Below the pieces are notes generated by a model. It was not told the origin of the DNA and did not search any database. It worked only from the letters and a program-made list of their open reading frames with translations. Both the position numbers and the translations under genes were made by a program. From Octopus vulgaris (taxonomy: Eukaryota), in assembly GCA_951406725.2 (NCBI GenBank), contig OX597814.1:140616001-140680000 (forward strand): 64,000 bases of DNA. Direction: 5' to 3'. Below are positions 13,572 through 26,086 of this stretch, piece by piece (the stretch's first letter is position 1; the number at the start of each line of letters is the position of its first letter).

Positions 13572-14864
13572 CCCTTTTAATACCAACCTACCCAAAATTG
13601 CCCAAGAAAAATTTTAATCAAAATTATTAAACCGCCCAAAAACAGTCATAATAACCTATTCATATTTTTAATGTGGATTTCAGCAGAAAATTCATTAATC
13701 TATTCATGAAAATACATGGTCTCGCTATGTAAAGACTTGAGTTGCACTATCTGCCTTTCTGAGCAACACAAATTTTTGGAGATTCTTTACCCATTTTTTT
13801 CTCCCATTCACTTTCTAAAATGTTTCACTATGGACAGAAAATGGATACCAGTCTATTGTTTGTCAAGCAGCAAGTTTAAATTTGAAATACTCTGCGAAAG
13901 AAGACAGAAAAATCTAAGAAAATCTAACATAAAAACCATGCATGTGATTAAGAATAAGACCCAACCAAGTCAAACAACTGACAAAAGTTCCTATAGTGGG
14001 TGGGGTAAATTTGCACCTGAATACAGTTAGAATTTAAAACCCATTTCTCTTAGTTATTTGGAGGAAGATATTAGACCTAGACAAAATATTTCCAAGGAAA
14101 CAAAACCATTAACTTAGTGTGTCTACTTTTACTTTGAATTGATTACTGCAGGAATTAATTTTACATGGCACATAAAGAGGGTAAAAAAATATTTTTGCAG
14201 TTTCCAACAATACTTGAAAAAAATAAATCAAGCACTTTTAGGAATATTTTGTTTTTGTGTGTGTAGGTGGGGGTGTTATACGTTTTCAGCCCTATTTTTT
14301 CACAATTTGTTTTTATCTACCTGTAATACACATGACAAAATTAGATTAATTTGGATTTATCTGTGTTTCTGTGTATTTATGTATACATGTGAGTTTATTT
14401 CAATCAATTCATGGTGTGTATTTCATTTCATAGTTTATTTGGGGGGGGGGGGTTTCAAAGACAAATCCCTACATTTTCATTTCATCTTATCTTTATGATA
14501 CACTTGTTTCATGCATTAAGTTCAAATGATAAATAATCCAGTAATTTGCACAATTCTTCTCTATTAAAATTTTGTATATTCATTGAATATTAAGCTAATA
14601 ACTTATTTTCTATGCTGATGTTTAAACAAAATCTTAATTTTTTTTATTTTGTTGTATTTACCTGTAATTAGATTTGCTTTGAGACAAAAATCAGGAGACA
14701 GATTAGGTTACAAATCTTTTGTTAAATTGTGTTCCAAAGATCACAATATGTTGATCAATAAAAAAGACTGGTTTTATTACACCAGTCTAAACTCTTGATT
14801 ATTTTTGGCATTTAATTGAAACACATAAAGGGTGTTTATTGGTCAAAATATAGTAACAAAGGAC
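13572..14864. mobile_element. Old degraded copy of the same piggyBac-like family (copy C), same orientation as copy B
   Basis: ttaa-cccttttaatacc left end and ggtcaaaatatagtaacaaaggac-ttaa right end. Region 14500-14864 is visibly homologous to 27320-27719. Confidence 0.65.
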
Positions 14865-15366
14865 TTAAGTTATGCCACTTTTGAGAATGACAAGTGACTG
14901 TACTAATTTTTCACTTAATGTTTATACTCTACCAAGATTTACATGCACACACAACACACAGGCCTCTACAGTTTTCACCTCCCAAATTACACTAACACCG
15001 TTATATCACCAGGAGTTTCGCAAGGAGCCAATAAGTAGATTGAATTTAGAACCATGAACCTTAATGTTTGCAGAGCAATATCTGTGCTCTCCAAACATTA
15101 TGATAACTAATTTCATCTAACCACGCTCTAAACAAGCTTCTTAAAATATAGCGTAAAACTTTTGTTAAATTAGTTTTAAAAATAAAATGGAATGCAATCA
15201 AGCAAACTGGAGATAATCTATACAAAACATTATATAGTAGAATTTATGAACTTGAATTAAATCTGTATACCTTGGTGAATAAAAGATACCAATGTTTCAA
15301 AAGTGACCTGTACCTGAACTAATTTCTCTTCCAGGAATGTCAGTCATAAAAACCTAGTATCCTTAA

Positions 15367-16483
15367 CCCTTTCGTTACTATATTTCTGACCAAAATACAC
15401 CCCTCATGAGTTTCAATTAAATTCTAAAATAATCATGAATCTAGGCTTGTTTCATTAAATAACTAACTTTTTTACTTATCAACATTTTAATGTGATATTT
15501 GGAACATAATTAAAGGAAGGGTTCTTAATCAATTCTATTGCATAACTTTTGACTCAAAGTGACTTTAATTACAGGTAAATCCAGGTAAATTGAGCAAAAG
15601 GTAAAAATATTAAAATTTTAAATTGAGCAAAAGGTAAAAATATTAAAATTTTGTTTAAACATCACCATAGAAAATTAATCATCAGCTAATATTTAAATGG
15701 GTATGCAACAAAATTTTGATAAAGAAGAATTGTGCACATCACTATATCATCAGTTGAATTTAATGCACAACAGGTGTACCATAAAGGTGGAATAAAGTGA
15801 AATACTGAAATCCACCGTAAGTTTGGCCGAACTAAAGAAATCAGTCAAAAAATAATATACGGCCCTGGTTATGGTATGGAAGTGATAAATTCCAGACCAC
15901 ATCGTTCCCTAGGCCATGCTGACTAACATTATTTTCCCTGTATAAAAACTAAATCCACGCAGTACCCAGTATTTGCTTCACAAATTTTCCAAAATTTGAA
16001 CCCCCATTTTGTGTTTGTGTACATTCTGCGTAAGTTTGTTTCCGCATTGATCACTTCAAACAATAACTTCCAGACCACATCATACCCTAAGCCATGCTGA
16101 CTAACATTAGTTTCCCTGTATAAAAACTAAATCCACAACAGTACCCAGTATTTGTTTCACAAATTTTCCAATTCAGAATCAATGCTTAATAACATGAAAC
16201 TCCTATCCATTTTCAAAGTTGAAGAAAAATCGATGCCGAAAAAAATGTCCCAAAATTCAGGGAATTAAAATTACACGTCGATTGTTGTACAAAACTGTAG
16301 ATGAACTATTTACGAAGCATAATCACGTGTTTTCACGAATGTACTAAAGAGATTTGCTCTGATACTCTCATTTAAATATGAATAGGTAAATTCGGGCGGC
16401 TTGGTCACATTAACCAAAAGTTTTTTCGGGCGGCTTGGTCACATTAACCAAAAGTTTTTTCGGGCGGTTTGGTAACGAAAGGG
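15367..16483. mobile_element. Non-autonomous piggyBac-like element, copy A
   Basis: TTAA at 15363-15366 and 16484-16487, TIR CCCTTTCGTTAC at both ends, internal ~180-bp partial tandem, subterminal ~34-bp direct repeats at about 16391-16475. No transposase. Confidence 0.88.
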
Positions 16484-19400
16484 TTAAACTCCATAATATT
16501 GTTAAAATGGTCACACATATGAGGCTATATATATTTAAGAACCCCTAATAAAAGTCTATTGCTTTATTTGAATAATTTTTAAATAATTCTTTTTCTTTAT
16601 TGAAATAAACTGTATGATGCTGCAGCACGGCCACAGTCCAATAACTGAAACTACAGAAATCATAGAAGACCATGTCAGTATATCTACTGCATTAGTAACT
16701 ATATCAGACATGGGCAACCTTTTCTCAAAAAGTGGGCCATCTAAGATATGGTTCATCATCTGGTGGGCTACTCCAAAAAATTCAAGGCAGTTTTTCATAA
16801 GGAATGCCATTCAAGGAGTCCCATGGCCCACAGGACTGCATTATACACTGCTCAGGATTCTTTCTTCAGGTATGACACCCCCACAGGGGTTTGAGGACAC
16901 TGGGTCTAAATCCGTTAACAACTTGCATGTCTTTTTTTTTTTTTTAAATTTCTCAGTATAGGGGGTGACGGCTCCCATAATTATGGCCACAGTAAAATGG
17001 ATGGTATTAACAAATATATTACACACTGTCCCAGCCGACTAAAAGCTACCTCACTTAAATGAGAAAAAAAGATTATTTTGTCCAGATATTCACATCACCA
17101 TAAATTCCAGTTATGATGCAAAATCAGCAGCACTAAGGATTTTTTTCACTAACATCATTCAGAGCTGTGTGTTGAAAGGAATATACCACACTGACAAGAG
17201 AGAATATACAGTCCAAACTCATCAAGCGTAGCTCCACAATGCCATTTATGTACCTCACACAGTGACAGCAAGACAAACTGATCATTGAGAAGGGAGCTGC
17301 TTGATGCCACACTCAACCAGCAAAACTGTTGGTCTGTCCTGATTAGAATTATGCAGTAGCGGAACTACATTCCATGTTTCAATCATTGTAACTGGCCGCA
17401 TTCTGGTGAGCAATGAGGCTAACATAAACCTAAACGGCATGTACAGTCTCAAGCTTGCAGTCTACATTTGGCTCATGGACAACTGCACCACACTAGTGGT
17501 AAACAGAACCAGCAATGCCACACTCATGCAGAGAATGGGGTCACAGAACCTCAATAAAAGTTGTTTGTTGCTAGCTAAAATACTGAAAATGAAAATCTTA
17601 TGAGCCAAAACTGCACCTATTTAAATTTTAAAATAATAATAAATCTTAGAAGAGTTAAACTATCCAGTGACAGATGTATTGAAAATAGACAAAATGTGAG
17701 GTATTAACAAAAGTGGCTGAAAACAAAATATACAGAGATTATATCTATGACTTCCAAATACAATAATCTTTAGAAATTCCTATTTTTTTTCTAACAAACT
17801 TTTATCATAGAATCATTCTGAATATATTGACAATTACAGGATTCTGCTTACATTCAATTTAGCAAATTATTACATGAACTAAAGACGGTCCATAGTGCAC
17901 ATTCTATAACATCAGTGATATAAGTTCCAGGTCAACAGATGGTAAAAATACAGATTACACAATGAGATTTAAAAAACAAAAATATTACTCTGCTAAATAA
18001 AAATTAGATCTAAAGGGATAGGAGTATATGACATCCCTCAAAATAAATTAACAATGGAATCCAGTCTCAACCAACTGGCAGAGGTGCCACCAAAATAAAC
18101 CAATCTTACATAATTTCTTTAGATAAAACCCCATGAATGTAAACAAAGAAGATCAAAAGAGCTGATACAATTATTGCACATAAGTACCCTTATTTAGAAT
18201 ATTTTGAACAGTTAGCTACTAATTGTATCTGACGCAGAGTCAAATCACCAAGCACAAATCAGTTATCATTTGAAAGATAAAATTTTAATTGATGTTTTAC
18301 AACTAATTAATGTTAAAAAGGAAAAAAAAACAAATTCCACCTAATTTTCTTCTCTTTTCTTTTTTTTTTTTTTACAATCTTTAGTTTTACTGTTTAATAC
18401 CAACTATAAACATATCTTAATATCTTGTTTATTTATGGTGAGGGTGTTCCAGAGCATGTATCCATTTGTATACATGTAGCGAAAATGAAATTAGTACATT
18501 TTTCAAACATGTGTATTATATAAACTCTTTTAAACATTGTAGATAAACTTAGAAATGGAAAGAACTAAGTCGTAGAGAAAGTTTTTTTAAAATACTACAA
18601 AAACTATATCCAAAAATCATGCACTCAGACTTTTTTTAAAATTCATTTCCTTTCCTCTCTCCCCTGGAATTAAAATATTGTCAACACTGGAAAGATTAAT
18701 ATCTTGAGGAAGAAGGCAGCAAAATTTATTAAGATTACATTATTAATCTTAATAAAATTAAGAAAACAAACCCCTCTCCACCCACTAATCCTCACATACA
18801 AGAAAAGTAACCTATGAAAGTTATTAACAAAAACTAACTGGAAATAATTTTACAATTTTTAGGTCATCAATAAGTTTTAAAATTAAAACAATTATGCACA
18901 ACTTTTGCATAAATGTGGAACTGGGACAACTTTTTAAAAGGGCCATCAGCAGTTATCCCACAAAGAAACGAGAAATTTGTAGCTATCCCTAAATCACAAA
19001 CTGCCACATATTTTAATCAACACTGAAAAATAAATTTTCACCCAACAACCCAGTTTATTCCCAACCCCCAATCTGAACAATGGATTTTTTTTTATATTAA
19101 AAAATGTTTTAATTTATAACAAGCTCTGGCTTATACTGTTGATCGACTGCTATCTCTCTAGCATGTTCCTACATTTAAAAGTTTTTGGCCCACAAAGCAC
19201 AACAACTGAAAGAGAGTATGGAATGTGGTACAAGCAAAATCCAAAGACTGTCATTACGTGACATACTACTGCTGCTGCTACAACTACGAATATTTTTGTT
19301 GTTCTTTATACTGTTGGCACAAAGCCATAAACTTAGCAAAGATGTTTAAATTAGTAAACTCCAGCACATGGACTAGTGTTTTTTTTGTTGTTTTTTTTTA

Positions 19401-20081
19401 AATCAACAAGGTCTAAATTGGCCAGATTTGAACGCACAATTTCAAAGGGCTTTAACCAAATATAACAAAACTATCCAATACCCTACCAATGTCTACCATT
19501 CACCTTCAGAATACAATAACTACATGCTTATGTTTATAAATAGCAAATTATTAAAAAAAAAAACAAATACTTGTTAATTCTTAGTAGAATCAACTATGTT
19601 AGGCTTAATATTTGTTTATGGTTATGCTGAATATATAATTTTTATTATTTTTGACCAAACAAAACAATATTAACATCGTAAATGTACAATAAGACTATGT
19701 ACAACAAAGTCATTGCATTTATAATAAATATTTCACCATCACTCGCACACATTATCTAACGGATTTCTAAGAAATACTTGTGACAGAATTTTACAAAAAT
19801 CTAGCAATAAAAAGTAATACAACAGTATTCTATTGCAATTAAACAAGGAAAAAAAACCTCACTTAAAATAATAGCTACAAACTTTGTAAAAAAAATATTT
19901 CAAAATAGATTCTATAATAAATTTCAATAAAAATTAAGTAGTTTGTATAAAAGAAACAAAAAAGATTATAATCGGTTTTTAAATGAGTGAGAAAAATATT
20001 AGGAAACATTTTATAGAACATATGTTGCTTAGCTGAATGCAACGTATAATACAGGAACCAATATTCTAATTAGCAACGTAC

Positions 20082-20150
20082 CTTTTGTTTTCTTTGAACA
20101 CATAAAACACATGAATTGGCTGAATAATAATAAACATCACCAGGGATCAT
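20082..20150 (-). CDS. Candidate alternative LARP4 exon (MIPGDVYYYSANSCVLCVQRKQK), either first-coding or cassette
   Basis: ATG-started 69-nt open frame ending in AAG|gtacgt in phase 0, compatible with the PAM2 exon. Preceded by ctaat...ctag, in a repeat-poor part of the intron. Confidence 0.4.
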
Positions 20151-22929
20151 CTAGTTTCAATTAGCAATTAGGGCTCAGACGTGTCTCATAGCAACACCTA
20201 CCCTAGGATTTAATTGTGCTTGCTAGGTACAAAGTACACAGATGACATTTCAGGTAAAACATATGTTATCTAAGAAATCACCAACTGGTTATATCACCAA
20301 AATAATTTAAGTAATTTGTTGTTTCAATATTAATGATCATTAAAATTTTAAATGTATAAATTGTAGCTAGTGTTGTTAAAACTGAAATATTAACTGCAGA
20401 CCAGTATCATATAATATAAAATACTGAAGCAGAAGCAGCCATAGCTTATGTACTGAGTATGAGCATAGGTCCACTGCTTTAAGTGAAGTAGCAGAGTAGC
20501 AGGAGTATCACTAGCAACCTAACTGCAGCAGTAGTAGCAGCAATCGAGATGGTAGAAGCAGGCACTAAGCAAAGAGTCCCAACTGCTGATAGGTATCATG
20601 CTTCAGTAAGGAGAAAAAATATTATTCTAAATTTAAATAATAAGCAATTAACTTAACAGTATTTAAAACAAGATACAATATAAATACTTAAAACATTTAT
20701 GGACCGCTTTAATTACAATGCCTTATCAGTGGAAGAATATTGCAAATATATTTGGGGGGAGAGGGGGAGATTAGAATTTTTTTTTTTTAGGGGAAAAAAA
20801 TCATACATCAGAAATATAAATCTAAAATAATTTTATTGAAAATATTCATTATCCGGAATATATATGAGCTGGTTTAAGTGTATTTAAAAGCAACAAGTCC
20901 ATAATATCCATAATGGAAGTAGTAACAGCTGTTTAACAATATAGTCAATTTCATAAAAGCAAATATTGACAATAGAATATTTAGGAATGCTCTAACCTAA
21001 TAAATGAAATCAGAAGTTCGTGTGTGTGTGTGTGTGTATATATATACATACATACATATATATATATATATGACTGAAAAATAGATTAAAATTGAAGTTT
21101 TAGATTTGAGGGGAGGGGTATGAAAATTAAAATGTAATAAGACGAGAATTTTAGAAAACCCTCAAAAGATGTAATTATATATATATATATATGAATATAT
21201 AAATTCCACAACTAATAACTGAGTAAATACAACATATTAAATTCTATTTTCTCAATTTTGTACAGATGTTTGCCAATTAAAATAGCATTATGAATAACAC
21301 AGACAGGAAACATTACAAAAAAAAAAAATTAAATTAACATTCAGTAAGGGGACTGTGCCACCTTAAGTAACCTCTTCAAAAAGTATATTCTTTTTAAAAT
21401 GTTTTTTGTGGCAAAAGACACACACACACAACCATTTTGACTTTAAAAACCAACATTTCTAGAATTTATTTCTGATGAAAAGATAGCTTTGATCAACGCA
21501 GACATTCATTAGCATATCTATATTTCTGTACTATGTTCCTTGATCAACATAAAAACTAGGACAAATTTTCTGACGAGATTTTGCTTTAATCCTTGAGATT
21601 ATGAAACATCAATATCAATACCTTTATAAAGTTATTAATATACATTTAAACACCTCCAGTCCAATTTAGTTATATAAATTTCTTAAACTCCAAAGTTGAT
21701 GAATGAAACAAAAAGTGAGACTAAGTGTAAAGGTGTAATGTAACGAGAACAGATGATGGCATGGTAGCAAATGTTTTATTAGGACTCAACAAAATAAGAG
21801 TTTAAATTCCATTCACATTAACCTATATTTAACACTGCCCACCAACCTAACATGCCTGAGCCAACAACCAAGCCTAGGTGGTCACTTAATTTGCTAGAAA
21901 CAGCAGCCAATTGCTGTTGAAAAAGACAGACACATTGGATAAATATCCTAGATATGCAATGGCCAAGAGAAGGATGAGGTCATCATGGCCTGAAAGCTTT
22001 CGGTAAATAGATCTAATCAAACAAAGTTGAGTTGGAGCAGAAAGAACATGTTTGCAGACATATTCCAAGATCTCAGAAGACTGTATGTATCATGTGGATC
22101 AGTTTTTAAGTATTAAAATATATAGATAGTTAAAAAGCAAAACAATGGATGCAGTGACTGGGAAGAAGGCAACACTGCATTGATAAGCCATTTCACATTC
22201 AAATCAGAAATGGCTCACCAGTTCTTTGTTGTGGGACCTGGTGAGTGCCAATAATCACTTGAGGTTAAGTATTACTAGCTTTGAAAAGAAAACCAAATCC
22301 ACTTGAATAGCACCAGCAAATTCTACCAAGTCAAACACTGTTTGTGGAAAATGGTATTGTGGAAACATGGGGGGGAAAATGCATAATGATAGCACCACCC
22401 AATATTATTAAGTTTGTCTTAACAGATAGACACCATCCACTTCAAAATTAAAATAACTTTCACCATCCTATGGTTCACAGACTCAAAAATGGATTATTAC
22501 CAGAAATGTGACAAAAGCAAAATTAAAATGAATTCAATGAAGTCTAGTGATATATAAGAACTATTATAAATTGCCAAATCCACAATGACACATACAACCA
22601 AGACCATCAGTGACAGGAGTAAATGCTGCAGAAAACTTAATGGCAACAGCACAACAAAAAAACTAGATGCAAAAGAGGGGGGTGGGTTGTATTTATCTGC
22701 ATGGGCAAAGAGTTTGGTGATAATGACAGGGGTGGGGAGAGAGTGGAGACCCTAGGAATTCAGAAACCTTTTAAGAATCATAATTGATAGATCATAGTTT
22801 TGAGAAAGGATCAAACAAATTTAGCATAGTGAGAGGTAATCCAAAAGCAAATAATTAGCTCATAATCTATCAGTGACTGAATATCACAATAAAAAATTTG
22901 CTTACTAAATCAAATTTTGTTTGAATTAA

Positions 22930-23411
22930 CCCATTGCCTGTCGTGCGCACCATTTAGGGATCTGCTAAAAACAGTTACATTGCTGGTTTTTCATTGCAAA
23001 CGAATTGCTTATGTCTATTGTATTTGCAGTGGTGTGTTTAACAATATTTAGTAAAGTTTGTCATTATTAACTCTGGTTAAGTCTAGAGGACATTTTATGT
23101 CATAAATTGCAATTTATGAACTACAAAAATATTGACGGGTTTTGAAATTTTTTTTTTGTCTTTTGCATTTCCCATCTATACCATTCATTGATATATCATA
23201 CACATTTGCATTTGATAATGATAGTTTCAAAAAAAAATAAATAAAATGTTTATTATTGCAATTGAATAGAAAAGGATAAATATACATTTTGTCCAGTGAT
23301 CACCATTTGGAACTTTTTGAAAAATTTTTAATTTCCAAAATAATTCACGTATGAAGAAAATTTAAATACTGTACATTATTTTAACTCCTAAGACACCTGG
23401 CAGTTAATGGG
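22930..23411. mobile_element. TTAA-flanked MITE, third family
   Basis: ttaa-CCCATTGCCTG ... CAGTTAATGGG-ttaa, imperfect TIRs. Confidence 0.6.
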
Positions 23412-26086
23412 TTAAGATGAAATAGTTCTAAAGCTAGAGAGTATGTCAATGGTGGTAATTCCTAATCTAGGTTTAGGAAATTCATATTATGAATTTAAGT
23501 CCATGGAAGTTATGTCACCATTAAAAAAACTGGAGCATTTAACATACCTGAAAACAGTGAACACAAATCAGCACAATTGAAAACATTAGTTTCAAAAACC
23601 ATAAATGTTTATATAAAATGGAATAATAATGTCAAAAATTTCTGTTCTTCAAGAATAAACCTAAGTTTGAAATGCAGTTTTAGCTCAGCCATGTGGTTAC
23701 CATGAAATAATTTGCATTAAAATCTTAATTCTTCTGTTAAATAAAGGCCTGCATGAAACATTTAGATGTCTAAAACAAAATTTAAACATTTTGACAACAG
23801 TTCACCAAGATTATCCCTGGCTTTATGATTCAAGACCTTTGGTTTTAAATTCTTTCTGAATTAAAACCTGTAACAATTTCATATAAGAAAATGTTAAGCT
23901 ATGTTCTAAACATTAAGATATGTTCGTAATTACCTTTTACAAGAAAATAAAATCTCGAGTTCTCATGGTAACTTTTTATTGAGCATGCCATTTAGATAGT
24001 CCCACAGGTTGCAGTTTGTCGATGACTGTTTTAAAACTGCTGACAACACCTTTACACAGATTGTGTGCATTTTTTGATTGGTCAATGTGTTTATGTTTGT
24101 ATTAAAAAAAATTATTTTAAAATGCATGGATTTAAAGAATGGAAATATTTGATAAGCTATTTATAATAATTGTTTATATCTTAATTTTGCATCCTTGCAA
24201 TACTTTACCCCAAAGTAAATTTTCTCCCTTAAATATTTTAAAATTCAAAACTTATCTTTCAACACTGCATTCAGTATTCTAATTTTCTTTCGGTTTTTTA
24301 TATTCTTAATATTCTGGTTTTTAGATCGTTTAAAATTCATTCTCCTGGCTTTATATTTGGCACCCATCCACACAATGTTAAGTCATGATTTGTTTAACTC
24401 TAAACGCATTCAAGTAATAGGCATAACATTAATAACCAAATAGTATGAAAACAAAATATTCCCGTGCAACCATCTAGCCAGATATATAAACACAGATAAC
24501 TTATTAGAGCATGTAATTTTAATATCTTCCAAGACCAAAACCATTACTAGCAGCAACAACTGTTTAAAATCCTATTATATTGAGCCAATGAGTGATGAGG
24601 AGACCTCTCGGCCACTCAAGCTGTTAGGAGTAATGGCCAAATCTTCCCCAAACTACATACTACCATCTTAAAAAAAAATAAGGACATATTAGAAGAAATC
24701 TGATACACTAATATCTGGAGAAAAAAAAGATGGTCACAACTGGAATGCCTTGAATAAAAGATCTACTTTATCAGTGGGTAACAATAGCCAAAAGAATAAC
24801 AGAATTACATGACTGACAAATTCTGGTAATAGCAATGTAACTACTGACAATGTTAAACAAATATTTGAAAGTCACAAGAACAAGTGGAGAATAGTTTGGG
24901 GAAGGTAAACGTTATTGTATATATGTGTATGCGTTGAGAGATGTGCATATGTGTATGCATTGTCTCAATAGTAAATGATAGTCACAGGCAATTGTTAATA
25001 TCATATAAGCAATGTTTCCAGTCTTTTGTAGAAATATTAACTTGCTTAGAAACAGTCATGGGCTGGCAACAAAAAGGTATCCAGTTTAGAAAATCTGCCT
25101 CACAAATTCCACCTGACCCATGCAAGCATGGGAGAATGGACATTAAAATGAAGATGGTGATGATGGCGATATACAATGGTTTGGTTAGAAGGAAGAGGCT
25201 GTGGTCATGACCTTCACAGACACTTGCAAGAAAAACATGAGCAGAAAGAAATTCCAGGAGTAGAGGGTGTAGTGTACTGTCTAGTCAAGATAGCCTATCA
25301 GAAGCCTGGTTCAAATGCTTGGAACACAGTTATCCCTGCCAAAAACTAGGCAACAAAGTGGCTGCCATTAAGAGCAGAGGGAACATGGGCTCTCAACACC
25401 ATACACAAAAGGATTACTATTTTAGATAAATGATGACAAAGTCAAACAACACCTGTAGACATGCTTAAGCCTCTTATTACATAATTACTTTACTATTACC
25501 TAATGTAGAAATAGATACATATACATTTTTGTGTGTGTGTGTGTGCTTGCATGTACACTGATGTAAATGCACAATGCATTACCTTAGAGATAAAACAATA
25601 ATTAGCTATACTGCAAAAAATATATATAACATTCATATAATACATGACAATATAAATACACACTAGTTCAGATGTGAGTTTCACATGCATACAATAAAAC
25701 CATCCACCTTCCCACACAGGTTCCTCTCTTGTTGCTTTTTCTAGGAAGGAAATCTTATTCTTTCTTGTCAATCCCAGTTATTCAACCGCTGCCATCTTCA
25801 ACATTATTTAAGAACATCACATTTTCTTTCCTTTCTGTACCTTTTCTTCTAGCCATCAAACGTTTCATGAAGAGCTTAAGCTCAAAATATTAACATCCCA
25901 TTTAAACTTCTAATAATTACACTGTGTTCTTTTCACAGCCTTAATATTCTCAATTTTTGAACCTATATATTCACACACACACACACACAATCAACTGTTT
26001 AATATCCCTTTTCTTACAAGTTAACATGGGTTAAATGAGGGACTTATCTGAGGCAGCATTTTACAGCTGAATACCATTCTTTTTAA

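Noticed and set aside
20400-20610. GC-richer segment with an acceptor-like end on the minus strand, as a coding exon
   Set aside because: All three frames hit stops early. It could only be UTR or regulatory sequence for the nearby candidate exon.
21886-22350. ORF 21886..22068(-) resembling a LINE endonuclease
   Set aside because: The motifs are too degenerate and their order is inconsistent. It is probably an old LINE remnant, but I could not assign strand or family.
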